Part shown: piece after piece, positions 10,644-23,069 of the stretch
How the letters are laid out: each line of letters begins with the position of its first letter
How positions within the stretch are numbered: position 1 is the first letter of the stretch
From: Laetmonice hystrix
Lineage: Eukaryota
Reading direction: 5' to 3'
Assembly (NCBI GenBank): GCA_965235115.1
Contig: OZ249436.1
Location: 44,394,001-44,458,000, forward strand
DNA length: 64,000 nucleotides
The notes under the pieces: model-generated
The model's database searches: none
Seen by the model: the letters and a program-made list of their open reading frames with translations, nothing else
What the model was told of the DNA's origin: nothing
Position numbers and translations under genes: made by a program

Positions 10644-11651
10644 TGTAAAGCGGGGTAATATGAGCACACGGGGAATATGAGCACCCTCCAGTACAGAAAC
10701 CCAGAACCGCAGGGGATAGGGCCCCCCGGTGTTTTTTTTGCAGCACTAACTAAGGCCGATAGCATACGAAAATTTCGTAGCCCTCGGTGGCACAGTTTGA
10801 AGAAAAGAGAAGATTAAATTTTAAGACCCATTTTCTTAACATTTTACACATATGTTTCATGTTCTGGTGCCTTCGCAAGACTACCCTGGTAGACACAACT
10901 TCATATTTTATTGGCAGTTCGATGTCTCTTGTCAGCGTTAAATAAACGATAGCAGGGCACGCGACATTGCATAATGTCAGACCTTGGGAGAAACACGACA
11001 ATACATATGCGGGGAATCTGGGCACACCTAGGGTGGGGCATTATGAGCATAGGGATTCCAATAATGAAGGGCCTGCAAGCCACCATAAAAATCCTGAATT
11101 TGTACCAAGGGGGGCCGAGCCCCCCGGTCCCTTCTAAAACACCTCTGGATCATATTTTATTAATAAAATTAATGATCCCATGAAATATTGATGTGTGTAA
11201 TTTCTTGATAATGAAACAATAATATCTTCATTTATTAGCATAGTAGCACGACTGGGGGTAATATGAGCATATGTTGATATAGGATTATTTCTTGACATTT
11301 TAAATATTGGTAACCAAACGTCATTTACCGACCACATTTGGACTTGGGAATGATAACAGCTGTAGCCAAGACGATAACTTTGACGTCATCTTTTTTAATT
11401 TTGTTAACATACCATTTCGATATATATTTTTGCCATTTTGGGGTAATATGAGCATGTGCTCATATTACCCATCAGGACGGGGAATATGAGCATATTTGAT
11501 TAAATTGTTTATTGCGATTTACTTAATTTTTTAATAGGACCTTACAGTTATTTTATGTCAGAAATACAGCCTATACATGAATGCATTGGGCAGTACCAGC
11601 AGTTTTACCAGGTCAAAATTGTTAAGGTGCTCATATTGCCCCACCTTACCC
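10644..11651. mobile_element. Nested ~1-kb MITE (possibly Tc1/mariner-pogo-like)
   Basis: Imperfect TIRs GTAAAGCGGGGTAATATGAGCAC / GTGCTCATATTGCCCCACCTTACCC followed by TA; internal repeats of GGGTAATATGAGCA. Confidence 0.6.
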
Positions 11652-12200
11652 TATCTTTATGATAAACCCCTGTGGTTGTTCTGCAGGATTCGAGATGTTG
11701 CAATCATATATAGTGGTAAGGTAGATAAGGATCTGGCTTGCCCAGTTGGCTTGCCAATTTAATTAGGACTGGGGACATTATTTATATATATAATTATGAT
11801 TTACTGCTGCAGTGTTATGTTTTAATGTTACAGTATTATGTATGCTATCATGCATTACACATTACAGTCCATAAGTTATTTTGTTCAGTGCAATGTTAAT
11901 TTCATGTGATATTACAGACGTTGTTGCCAAGTAACTTTTTATTTTGCTATGTTCAGTTATTTTGTTCAAATAAAGTACAATTTCATCTTTTATTGACCCT
12001 GGTCACTAATCTATCCAAATATACCAGCTGTGTTACAATTGTTTTGTTTGCTTGTTACCTTGTGTACATTTTGAAATTATTAATTCATTTTGTTGTTTTG
12101 CATTTCTTGTGTTACTTGTATTTTCTTTGGGAGCATGGAGTTCTGTTAAAAATAAAAAGATGCCCTGGCCAGGATGTTTAATAAGATGGACATACCATGA

Positions 12201-12430
12201 CACTGGCGGATCCAGGATTTCACCAAAGGGGGGGGGGCACAGAAAAACAATTCATGATTGTTTGCATTACTAATTAAAGCTTATGCTCTTGAATTAGAGT
12301 TTTAGAGGTATAGGCCTACATAATAGCTCGGGGTTTCCCTGAGGTACACCGTCAGTGTTAAAATTAATTCAAAGTAAGTAGGCTATAGCCGTGCATAGGC
12401 CTAATTTGTGCCCCCCTCTGGATCCGCCTG
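12201..12430. mobile_element. Nested small MITE (hAT-like ends)
   Basis: CACTGGCGGATCCAG...CTGGATCCGCCTG termini with internal G and C runs; TSD not clear. Confidence 0.55.
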
Positions 12431-14404
12431 CATGATGCTAAATATAAATATACGTTACATCTCTGGGAATCTCTGGGAGTAAGGGTAATAGTAAGTCTTT
12501 TGGTCCCTGTCTTTAACCTGAAACATCTGGAAATTAAGTAGACAATAACTGGAAGCTCCAAGGATGCCTCTGTTAATAGCCTATAAAACGCAATAGTAGT
12601 CAAATCAAATACATTGATGTCTCGGACACAATTTGCAGTTTGGGGGGTAGGGTTAATGAAATCACCACAGATCCACTGATTTTGGTTTGATTTTTAAAAT
12701 GTTTACTGTGGAATGACTATAATGTTTGCTGAAAAGAATAACACATTGCCTTATGTCATAACTTAGGGTTTATATTTGATTAATAATGAAGTAAAGATGA
12801 AGATAATGAAAAAATGCCAAAAAATCAGGGGCGCTTTTGCATAAAAATGATGCTAAATCATTTGGAAAGGTTTTGTAAGTGGATTTCTGAACTTGATGTT
12901 GTCAACACATTTGTTCTGTGTATCTGGGATGCATTTATTGACAGCCTGCACAACCCACCAAATATTCTAAGAAGAAATACATATTTCACATTTCTCCCTA
13001 AAAAAACAAAGGGCGCATATACAAAAATGGCCACAATTTTTTTTCGCAAGGTTTCCAGCAGAGCAGACCTCTCATTCAGTGGACCTTAATGACCAATTAA
13101 ATAGAAAAAACACAAACAAAAAGTATAGCAAGCCATGTCAGGTCCTCTCAAATTTTGGGTGTCTGGATCCCCGACTAAATTAGCCTACCTAGCAACAGGA
13201 TCGTTGATACAGTAACAATTCCTCGATTGTAGTTCGGCGGTTTCCACCTGGTGTCAGTGTGGGATAAGGTAGGTTCGCCGTGACTTCCTCAGATGTGGCC
13301 CGAGCACACATACACACCATCCCTATCCCCTAACAGATTGACGACTTGGGGACTTAGCTTGGAGATGTCATAGGCTGATGTCATGAGAGGCGGGCCACGT
13401 CCCAGCTATCCCGGCGATCGCCACGCCCTCTGTAGGAGATAGACGAGCTTTAATGGAGTTGGCCCCCTGGTGGCCGAGTGCGCCTGGTTGGACCACGTGA
13501 TATCAACGTGGCGATCGAAGCAGAGAGCTTAGAAGTGATCGAAAGGAGCAACCTGGGTGAGGAGGTGTGACAGCCCCTCCCCCCCTGAAGGCTTGACGGA
13601 ATGGTAGTCCCTTATAAAACCTGGACTGGCTTCACTTTCATTCATACATTTATTCTCTCTCTCTATCTCTCGCTCTCTATCTCTTTCTCTCTCTCTGTCT
13701 CTCTCTCTCTGTCTCTCTCTCTCTTTCTCTCTCTCTGTGTGTCTCTCTCTCTGGCTTTCTCTCTCTGCAACAACAACAAAAATACAAGAAAAATGATTGT
13801 AGTTGCCTCAGTATGGTTGGGTGGTGGTGCCTTGGGTGGCCTAATGTGTTTGCTCATGACACCTAGGACCATCGCCTGACACCACTGCGGTGCGTGTTCG
13901 ATCCCCGGCCAGGGCTGCATGTGTGAAAGGTTTTTCAGTCAGTTCCTTCCCGAAGGCAAGGCGTAAAACCCCAAATCTGGCCTTCAATGCAAATAGCTAG
14001 TAACAAACATTTTTGAAAAAAAGAGTTTGATGTTTCTTTAAACTTGCTATCTTATTGCGCATATCTCTACACAAGCATCGTAGGCCTATAGGCCTAGATA
14101 TTATGGACTGGTATATCCCACAAACGGTTTATGTGTGAAAGGGTTGTCAGACAGTTGGTCAACCTACTGTCCCCCTCTCTCCCTTATCGAGAGATTTTGA
14201 TAAAGAGTTAAAATTAGGAAATGTAAAGTGTCAGCGATGTAACATAGCTTTCTATCAATATCTCGATGGACCTCACTTCGCTCCAACCGAGGACAAAGGA
14301 CTTATGACGTACTCTACTCCTAATTGATATATTTTGGTTGCATTCAATTATCTTGTCATATTAACATTATTTTTATATCGTTAATAATAATACATAACAT
14401 GTGA

Positions 14405-14476
14405 GGGGGTATAGCTCAGTGGCAGAGCATTCGACTGCAGATCGAGAGGTCACCGGTTCAACTCCGGTTGCCCCCT
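14405..14476 (+). tRNA. tRNA-Cys-GCA: tRNA-Cys(GCA)
   Basis: Identical copy. Confidence 0.97.
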
Positions 14477-14937
14477 GAAGCTTTTCTCCTTTGGGGGGGG
14501 GGGGGGGCGTTATATTTATTTATAGATAACAATTAAATAGCATATGTGACTCTTCAAGATCAAGACCCAGAAACACGTATTGATCAGTGTCTCCATATAT
14601 GTTTGTAGGTTTGGACTTTGTTGTTTATTATGTGTGCATGAGATAAACATCCAAACCCGCAATTTGCCCAGACAAAATATTAAAAGAATATATTGCAACA
14701 ACATTCAAATTACTGTATGCCTCCATTTTCCTTCACAATTAGGGCCTAATGTTCCTCTTTATTAATTATACATGGGTCTTCATAAATAACATAATCACTT
14801 GGTTTGCAAATATTGATAAGGTAAAGCTAAGACCTGAGTCACTTCTGTTGGAAGTCAAAAGATACTTTATACCATCCCAAGCTCAGCCCCCAAACCTAAT
14901 AAAAAACTTCCACGCCATCCCGTTCTGCCCTAACCAG

Positions 14938-15008
14938 TCCTCGATAGTATAGTGGTTAGTATCCCCGCCTGTCACGCGGGAGACCGGGGTTCAATTCCCC
15001 GTCGGGAG
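14938..15008 (+). tRNA. tRNA-Asp-GTC: tRNA-Asp(GTC), variant with 1-nt deletion in the 3' acceptor stem
   Basis: Ends GTCGGGAG rather than GTCGGGGAG; possibly defective or a homopolymer sequencing error. Confidence 0.8.
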
Positions 15009-15696
15009 GATTAATTTTTCTTTTCTCGACTCTTCCACAAGATGTGACCACGGTGAGGAGGCTATTTGAAAGAAAAAACAGAAATCTCTTGACTTCCAAT
15101 AGAAGTGGCCCAGGTAGTCTTAGCTTTACTTCATCAATTATTGACTTTATACACAGGATGTTTAACAATCTTGAGTTGTTTCTTATTTCAATGTTCCTCA
15201 CAATACAACGAGCGATCCTGTAGCTTAGCCTACCTAGCAACAGGATCGTTGATAGAGTAACAAGTCCTCGATTGTAGTTCGGCGGTTTCCACCTGGTGTC
15301 AGTGTGGGATAAGGTAGGTTCGCCGTGACTTCCTCAGATGTGGCCCGAGCACACATACACACCATCCCTATCCCCTAACAGATTGACGACTTGGTGACTT
15401 AGCTTGGAGATGTCATAGGCTGATGTCATGAGAGGCGGGCCACGTCCCAGCTATCCCGGCGATCGCCACGCCCTCTGTAGGAGATAGACGAGCTTTAATG
15501 GAGTTGGCCCCCTGGTGGCCGAGTGCGCCTGGTTGGACCACGTGATATCAACGTGGCGATCGAAGCAGAGAGCTTAGAAGTGATCGAAGGGAGCAACCTG
15601 GGTGAGGAGGTGTGACAGCCCCCCCCCCCCCTGAAGGCTTGACGGAATGGTAGTCCCTTATAAAACCTGCACTGGCTACACTTTCATTCATACATT

Positions 15697-15757
<61 letters not shown>

Positions 15758-15856
15758 TTTCTCTCTCCCTGTCTCTCTCTGGCTTTCTCTCTCTGCAACA
15801 ACAACAAAAATACAAGAAAAATGATTGTAGTTGCCTCAGTATGGTTGGGTGGTGGT

Positions 15857-15985
15857 GCCTTGGGTGGCCTAATGTGTTTGCTCATGACACCTAGGACCAT
15901 CGCCTCACACCACTGCGGTGCGTGTTCGATCCCCGGCCAGGGCTGCATGTGTGAAAGGTTTTTCAGTCAGTTCCTTCCCGAAGGC
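15857..15985 (+). mobile_element. Decayed tRNA-derived SINE-like head (one per unit)
   Basis: GCCTTGG...CCAGGGC acceptor-like pairing, A-box-like TGGCCTAATG and B-box GTTCGATCC, followed by TGCATGTGTGAAAGGTTTTTCAGTCAG; D and anticodon arms are broken. Confidence 0.6.
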
Positions 15986-16433
15986 AAGGCGTAAAACCCC
16001 AAATCTGGCCTTCAATGCAAATAGCTAGTAACAAACATTTTTGAAAAAAAGAGTTTGATGTTTCTTTAAACTTGCTATCTTATTGCGCATATCTCTACAC
16101 AAGCATCGTAGGCCTATAGGCCTAGATATTATGGACTGGTATATCCCACAAACGGTTTATGTGTGAAAGGGTTGTCAGACAGTTGGTCAACCTACTGTCG
16201 CCCTCTCTCCCTTATCGTGAGATTTTGATAAAGAGTTAAAATTAGGAAATGTAAAGTGTCGGCGATGTAACATAGCTTTCTATCAATATCTCGATGGACC
16301 TCACTTCGCTCCAACCGAGGACAAAGGACTTATGACGTACTCTACTCCTAATTGATATATTTTGGTTGCATTCAATTATCTTGTCATATTAACATTATTT
16401 TTTATATCGTTAATAAAATTACAGAACAGGTGA

Positions 16434-16505
16434 GGGGGTATAGCTCAGTGGCAGAGCATTCGACTGCAGATCGAGAGGTCACCGGTTCAACTCCGGTTGC
16501 CCCCT
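16434..16505 (+). tRNA. tRNA-Cys-GCA: tRNA-Cys(GCA)
   Basis: Identical copy. Confidence 0.97.
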
Positions 16506-16970
16506 GAAGCTTTTCTCCTTTTGGGGGGGGGGGGGGGAAACGTTATATTTATTTATAGATAACAATTAAATAGCATATGTGACTCTTCAAGATCAAGACC
16601 CAGAAACACGTATTGATCAGTGTCTCCATATATGTTTGTAGGTTTGGACTTTGTTGTTCATTATGTGTGCATGAGATAAACATCCAAACCCACAATTTGC
16701 CCAGACAAAATATTAAAAGAATATATTGCAACAACATTCAAATTACTGTATGCCTCCATTTCCCTTCACAATTAGGGCCTAATGTTCCTCTTTATTAATT
16801 ATACATGGGTCTTCATAAATAACATAATCACTTGGTTTGCAAATATTGATAAGGTAAAGCTAAGACTTGAGTCACTTCTGTTGGAAGTCAAAAGATACTT
16901 TATACCATCCCAAGCTCTGCCCCCAAACCTAATAAAACAATTCCACACCATCCCGTTTTGCCCTAACCAG

Positions 16971-17042
16971 TCCTCGATAGTATAGTGGTTAGTATCCCCG
17001 CCTGTCACGCGGGAGACCGGGGTTCAATTCCCCGTCGGGGAG
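16971..17042 (+). tRNA. tRNA-Asp-GTC: tRNA-Asp(GTC)
   Basis: Identical copy. Confidence 0.97.
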
Positions 17043-17721
17043 GATTAATTTTTCTTTTCTCGACTCTTCCACAAGATGTGACCACGGTGAGGAGGCTATT
17101 TGAAAGAAAAACCAGAAATCTCTTGACTTTCAATAGAAGTGGCCCAGGCAGTCTTAGCTTTACTTCATCAATTATTGACTTTATACACAGGATGTTAAAA
17201 CAAGAGTTGTTTCTTATTTCAATGTTCCTCACAATACAACCAGCGATCCTGTAGCCTACCTAGCAACAGGATCGTTGATACAGTAACAATTCCTCGATTG
17301 TAGTTCGGCGGTTTCCACCTGGTGTCAGTGTGGGATAAGGTAGGTTCGCCGTGACTTCCTCAGATGTGGCCCGAGCACACATACACACCATCCCTATCCC
17401 CTAACAGATTGACGACTTGGTGACTTAGCTTGGAGATGTCATAGGCTGATGTCATGAGAGGCGGGCCACGTCCCAGCTATCCCGGCGATCGCCACGCCCT
17501 CTGTAGGAGATAGACGAGCTTTAATGGAGTTGGCCCCCTGGTGGCCGAGTGCGCCTGGTTGGACCACGTGATATCAACGTGGCGATCGAAGCAGAGAGCT
17601 TAGAAGTGATCGAAAGGAGCAACCTGGGTGAGGAGGTGTGACAGCCCCCCCCCCCCCCTGCAGGCTCGACGGAATGGTAGTCCCTTATAAAACCTGCACT
17701 GGCTTCACTTTCATTGATACA

Positions 17722-17837
<116 letters not shown>

Positions 17838-17873
17838 AGGCCTATCTCTCTCTCTCCCTCTCCCCCTCCCTCT

Positions 17874-17920
<47 letters not shown>

Positions 17921-18162
17921 CTCTCTGCAACAACAACAGAAATACAAGAAAAATGATTATCCCATCCCCTACAGGGGGATGGGATCTTCAGATTGTACGG
18001 TTTCGTCTTCCCTATTATTATTATCCCATCCCCCAAGTGGGGGATGGGATTTTGAAATTGTGTGGTTTCGTCTTCCCTATTATTATTATTATTATTATTA
18101 TCCCATCCCCCGTCAGGGGATGGGATCTTGAAATTGTCTGGTTTCGTCTTCCCTATTATTAT

Positions 18163-20725
18163 TATCCCATCCCCCGTCAGGGGATGGGATCTTGAAATTG
18201 TCTGGTTTCGTCTTCCCTATTATTATTATTCTTTGCGTTGTAGTTGTAGTAGTAGTAGTAGTAGTAGTAGTAAACATTTCGTTCTATCTCAGTCATTTTT
18301 CAAGATATCTCAATCAAACTTTGCTCAGATCTTGACCATGACAAAGTCCGGTCACACAATCAATCATGACGTCACGTCACGTCACGTCATGACGTCATGA
18401 CGTCAAACGTGTCTTGCACATTGGGGCCATTTTTTAAAAAGTCATATTCCAAATTTTTTAAAACTCATCATGGCGTTTTAATCAGGCAAAGGTCCTGTGT
18501 CAAGTTGACCCTTCATTTGACCTTTGACCTTTGACCTTAAGGAAAACTGGCTACTGGGTCAGAATCGGGTTGAATCGCTACCCCTTCCCCATTTCTTGGA
18601 AAAATTCGACAATATCTGGCATTACCACTCTACATCGAAAGGTTCAAAACATACAAAGAGGGATTATCGATTTGACCTATATTTACTGAACCACGTGACC
18701 TTAAAGTTTTCAACAGAGGTCAGTTTAGATATTTATGGGTATAACTTGTAAACGGTGTCAGATAGGGTCATAGTTACTATTGAACATGAATAGGAAGTCA
18801 TATATGGGCTTTCATTTGACATCATTATTTTGTAGGTCACGTGACCTATGACGTCATAACCACGTCACCTATATTTTCCCAGGGCCATAACTTGTAAATG
18901 GTTGAAGATAGAGCCATAGTTACTATTAAACACTAATAGGAAGTCATATATGATCTTTCATTATACACCTTCATTTTCCAGGTCACGTGACCTATGACGT
19001 CATAAGAATGTCATTGACATTTTTTCAGGGCTTTAACTTGTAAACGGTGCCAGATAGAGCCATAGTTACTCTTGAACACGAATAGGAAGTCATATATGGT
19101 CTTTCATTTGACACCATTATTTTGGAGGTCACGTGACCTATGACGTCATAAACGTCACCTATATTTCCCAGGGCCATAACTTGTAAATGGTTGGAGATAG
19201 AGCCATAGTTACTATTAAACACTAATAGGAAGTCATATATACTCATTCATTATACACCTTCATTTTCCAGGTCACGTGACCTATGACGTCAGAGCAAGGT
19301 CGCCAATATGTTCTCAGGTCTATAACTTGTAAACGGTGCCAGATAGGGCCATAGTTACTATTGAACACGAATAGGAAGTCATATATGGTCTTTCATTTGA
19401 CACCATTATTTTTTGGGTCACGTGACCTATGACGTCATAACGACGTCATCTATATTTTCCCAGGGCCATAACTTGTAAATGGTTGGGGATAGAGCCATAG
19501 TTACTATTAAACACTAATAGGAAGTCATATATGCTCTTTCATTATACACCTTCATTTTCCAGGTCACGTGACCTATGACGTCATAAGGATGTCATTGACA
19601 TTTTCTCAGGGCTATAACTTGTAAACTGTGCCAGATAGAGCCATAGTTACTCTTGAACACGAATAGGAAGTCATATATGGTCTTTCATTTGGCACCATTG
19701 TTTTGTAAGTCACGTGACCCATGATGTCTTAACGATGTCACCTATATTTTCCAGGGCCATAACTTGTTAATGGTTGCAGATAGAGCCATAGTTACTATTA
19801 AACACTAATAGGAAGTCATATATACTCCTTCATTATACACCTTCATTTTCCAGGTCACGTGACTTATTGGAGCAAGGTCGCCAATATATTCTCAGGGCCA
19901 TAACTTGTAAACGGTGCCAGATAGGGCCATAGTTACTATTGAACACGAATAGGAAGTCATATATGGTCTTTCATTTGAGACCATTATTTTTCGAGTCACG
20001 TGACCTGTGACGTCATAACGACGTCACCTATATTTGCCCTGGGCCATAACTTGTAAATGGTTGAAGATAGAGCCATAGTTACTATTAAACAGTAATAGGA
20101 AGTCATATGTACCCTTTCATTATACACCTTCATTTTCCAGGTCACGTGACCTATGACGTCATAAGAATGTCATTGGCATTTTCTAAGGACTATAACTTGT
20201 AAATGGTTAAAGATTGAGCCATAGTTACCATTAAACCCTAATATGAAGTCATATATACATGCTCTTTCATTATGCACCCATAATTTTCCAGTCACGTGAC
20301 CTATGACGTCATAGCAAGGTCGCCAATATTTTCCCAGGGCTATAACTTGTAAACTGTGCCAGATAGGGCCATAGTTACTATTGGACACGAATAGGAAGTC
20401 ATATATGATATTTCATTTGGCACCTTTGTTTTGTACGTTACGTGACCTATGACGTCATAAGGAGGTCACCTATATATTCCCTGGCCTATAACTTGTAAAT
20501 GGTTGAAGATGCAGCCATAGTTACTATGACGTCATAACGATGTCATAAATATTCTCTCAGGGTCATAACTTGACACCTTACCTGGCACTTCCCAAACACC
20601 ACTGCCTATTACAGATGTGTCGGGAAGTGTCTGCCTTGAACGTAACTCTACTCAAACTCAATATCAGAAAGGACATGTCACCCCGGGGATGGGATCCATC
20701 GTGGTCTCGCCACGACATGACTAGT
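18163..20725 (+). mobile_element. Helentron/DINE-like element 4 (innermost, uninterrupted, ~2.56 kb)
   Basis: Head, (TAT)n and (GTA)n microsatellites, central tandem array, 3' subterminal repeat, hairpin and CTAGT; body nearly identical to element 3 (offset 2499 bp). Confidence 0.85.
18740..20570. repeat. ~146-bp satellite-like array inside element 4 (~12.5 monomers, alternating A/B types)
   Basis: GTCACGTGAC recurs at 18836, 18982, 19128, 19271, 19417, 19563, 19709, 19854, 19995, 20142 and 20291. Confidence 0.9.
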
Positions 20726-21238
20726 TATTCTTTGCGTTGTAGTTGTAGTAGTAGTAGTAGTAGTAGTAGTAAACATTTCGTTCTATCTCAGTCATTTTTC
20801 AAGATATCTCAATCAAACTTTGCTCAGATCTTGACCATGACAAAGTCAGGTCACACAATCAATCATGACGTCACGTCACGTCACGTCATGACGTCATGAC
20901 GTCAAACGTGTCTTGCACATTGGGGCCATTTTTTAAAAAGTCATATTCCAAATTTTTTAAAACTCATCATGGCGTTTTAATCAGGCAAAGGTCCTGTGTC
21001 AAGTTGACCCTTCATTTGACCTTTGACCTTTGACCTTAAGGAAAACTGGCTACTGGGTCAGAATCGGGTTGAATCGCTACCCCTTCCCCATTTCTTGGAA
21101 AAATTCGACAATATCTGGCATTACCACTCTACATCGAAAGGTTCAAAACATACAAAGAGGGATTATCGATTTGACCTATATTTACTGAACCACGTGACCT
21201 TAAAGTTTTCAACAGAGGTCAGTTTAGATATTTATGGG

Positions 21239-23069
21239 TATAACTTGTAAACGGTGTCAGATAGGGTCATAGTTACTATTGAACATGAATAGGAAGTCAT
21301 ATATGGGCTTTCATTTGACATCATTATTTTGTAGGTCACGTGACCTATGACGTCATAACCACCTCACCTATATTTTCCCAGGGCCATAACTTGTAAATGG
21401 TTGAAGATAGAGCCATAGTTACTATTAAACACTAATAGGAAGTCATATATGATCTTTCATTATACACCTTCATTTTCCAGGTCACGTGACCTATGACGTC
21501 ATAAGAATGTCATTGACATTTTTTCAGGGCTTTAACTTGTAAACGGTGCCAGATAGAGCCATAGTTACTCTTGAACACGAATAGGAAGTCATATATGGTC
21601 TTTCATTTGACACCATTATTTTGGAGGTCACGTGACCTATGACGTCATAAACGTCACCTATATTTCCCAGGGCCATAACTTGTAAATGGTTGGAGATAGA
21701 GCCATAGTTACTATTAAACACTAATAGGAAGTCATATATACTCATTCATTATACACCTTCATTTTCCAGGTCACGTGACCTATGACGTCAGAGCAAGGTC
21801 GCCAATATGTTCTCAGGTCTATAACTTGTAAACGGTGCCAGATAGGGCCATAGTTACTATTGAACACGAATAGGAAGTCATATATGGTCTTTCATTTGAC
21901 ACCATTATTTTTTGGGTCACGTGACCTATGACGTCATAACGACGTCATCTATATTTTCCCAGGGCCATAACTTGTAAATGGTTGGGGATAGAGCCATAGT
22001 TACTATTAAACACTAATAGGAAGTCATATATGCTCTTTCATTATACACCTTCATTTTCCAGGTCACGTGACCTATGACGTCATAAGGATGTCATTGACAT
22101 TTTCTCAGGGCTATAACTTGTAAACTGTGCCAGATAGAGCCATAGTTACTCTTGAACACGAATAGGAAGTCATATATGGTCTTTCATTTGGCACCATTGT
22201 TTTGTAAGTCACGTGACCCATGATGTCTTAACGATGTCACCTATATTTTCCAGGGCCATAACTTGTTAATGGTTGCAGATAGAGCCATAGTTACTATTAA
22301 ACACTAATAGGAAGTCATATATACTCCTTCATTATACACCTTCATTTTCCAGGTCACGTGACTTATTGGAGCAAGGTCGCCAATATATTCTCAGGGCCAT
22401 AACTTGTAAACGGTGCCAGATAGGGCCATAGTTACTATTGAACACGAATAGGAAGTCATATATGGTCTTTCATTTGAGACCATTATTTTTCGAGTCACGT
22501 GACCTGTGACGTCATAACGACGTCACCTATATTTGCCCTGGGCCATAACTTGTAAATGGTTGAAGATAGAGCCATAGTTACTATTAAACAGTAATAGGAA
22601 GTCATATGTACCCTTTCATTATACACCTTCATTTTCCAGGTCACGTGACCTATGACGTCATAAGAATGTCATTGGCATTTTCTAAGGACTATAACTTGTA
22701 AATGGTTAAAGATTGAGCCATAGTTACCAGTAAACCCTAATATGAAGTCATATATACATGCTCTTTCATTATGCACCCATAATTTTCCAGTCACGTGACC
22801 TATGACGTCATAGCAAGGTCGCTAATATTTTCCCAGGGCTATAACTTGTAAACTGTGCCAGATAGGGCCATAGTTACTATTGGACACGAATAGGAAGTCA
22901 TATATGATATTTCATTTGGCACCTTTGTTTTGTACGTTACGTGACCTATGACGTCATAAGGAGGTCACCTATATATTCCCTGGCCTATAACTTGTAAATG
23001 GTTGAAGATGCAGCCATAGTTACTATGACGTCATAACGATGTCATAAATATTCTCTCAGGGTCATAACT
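21239..23069. repeat. ~146-bp satellite-like array inside element 3
   Basis: Copy of 18740-20570. Confidence 0.9.

Larger units (their letters stand above)
10044..13177. mobile_element. Non-autonomous DNA transposon with ~600-bp TIRs (TAG...CTA termini; possibly Academ-like)
   Basis: Interrupts the unit at GTAGCTTA|GCCTACC; termini TAGTCGGGGATCCA...TGGATCCCCGACTA; 10044-~10643 is the diverged reverse complement of ~12496-13177; TTA on the left, AA+TTA on the right; no transposase ORF. Confidence 0.85.
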
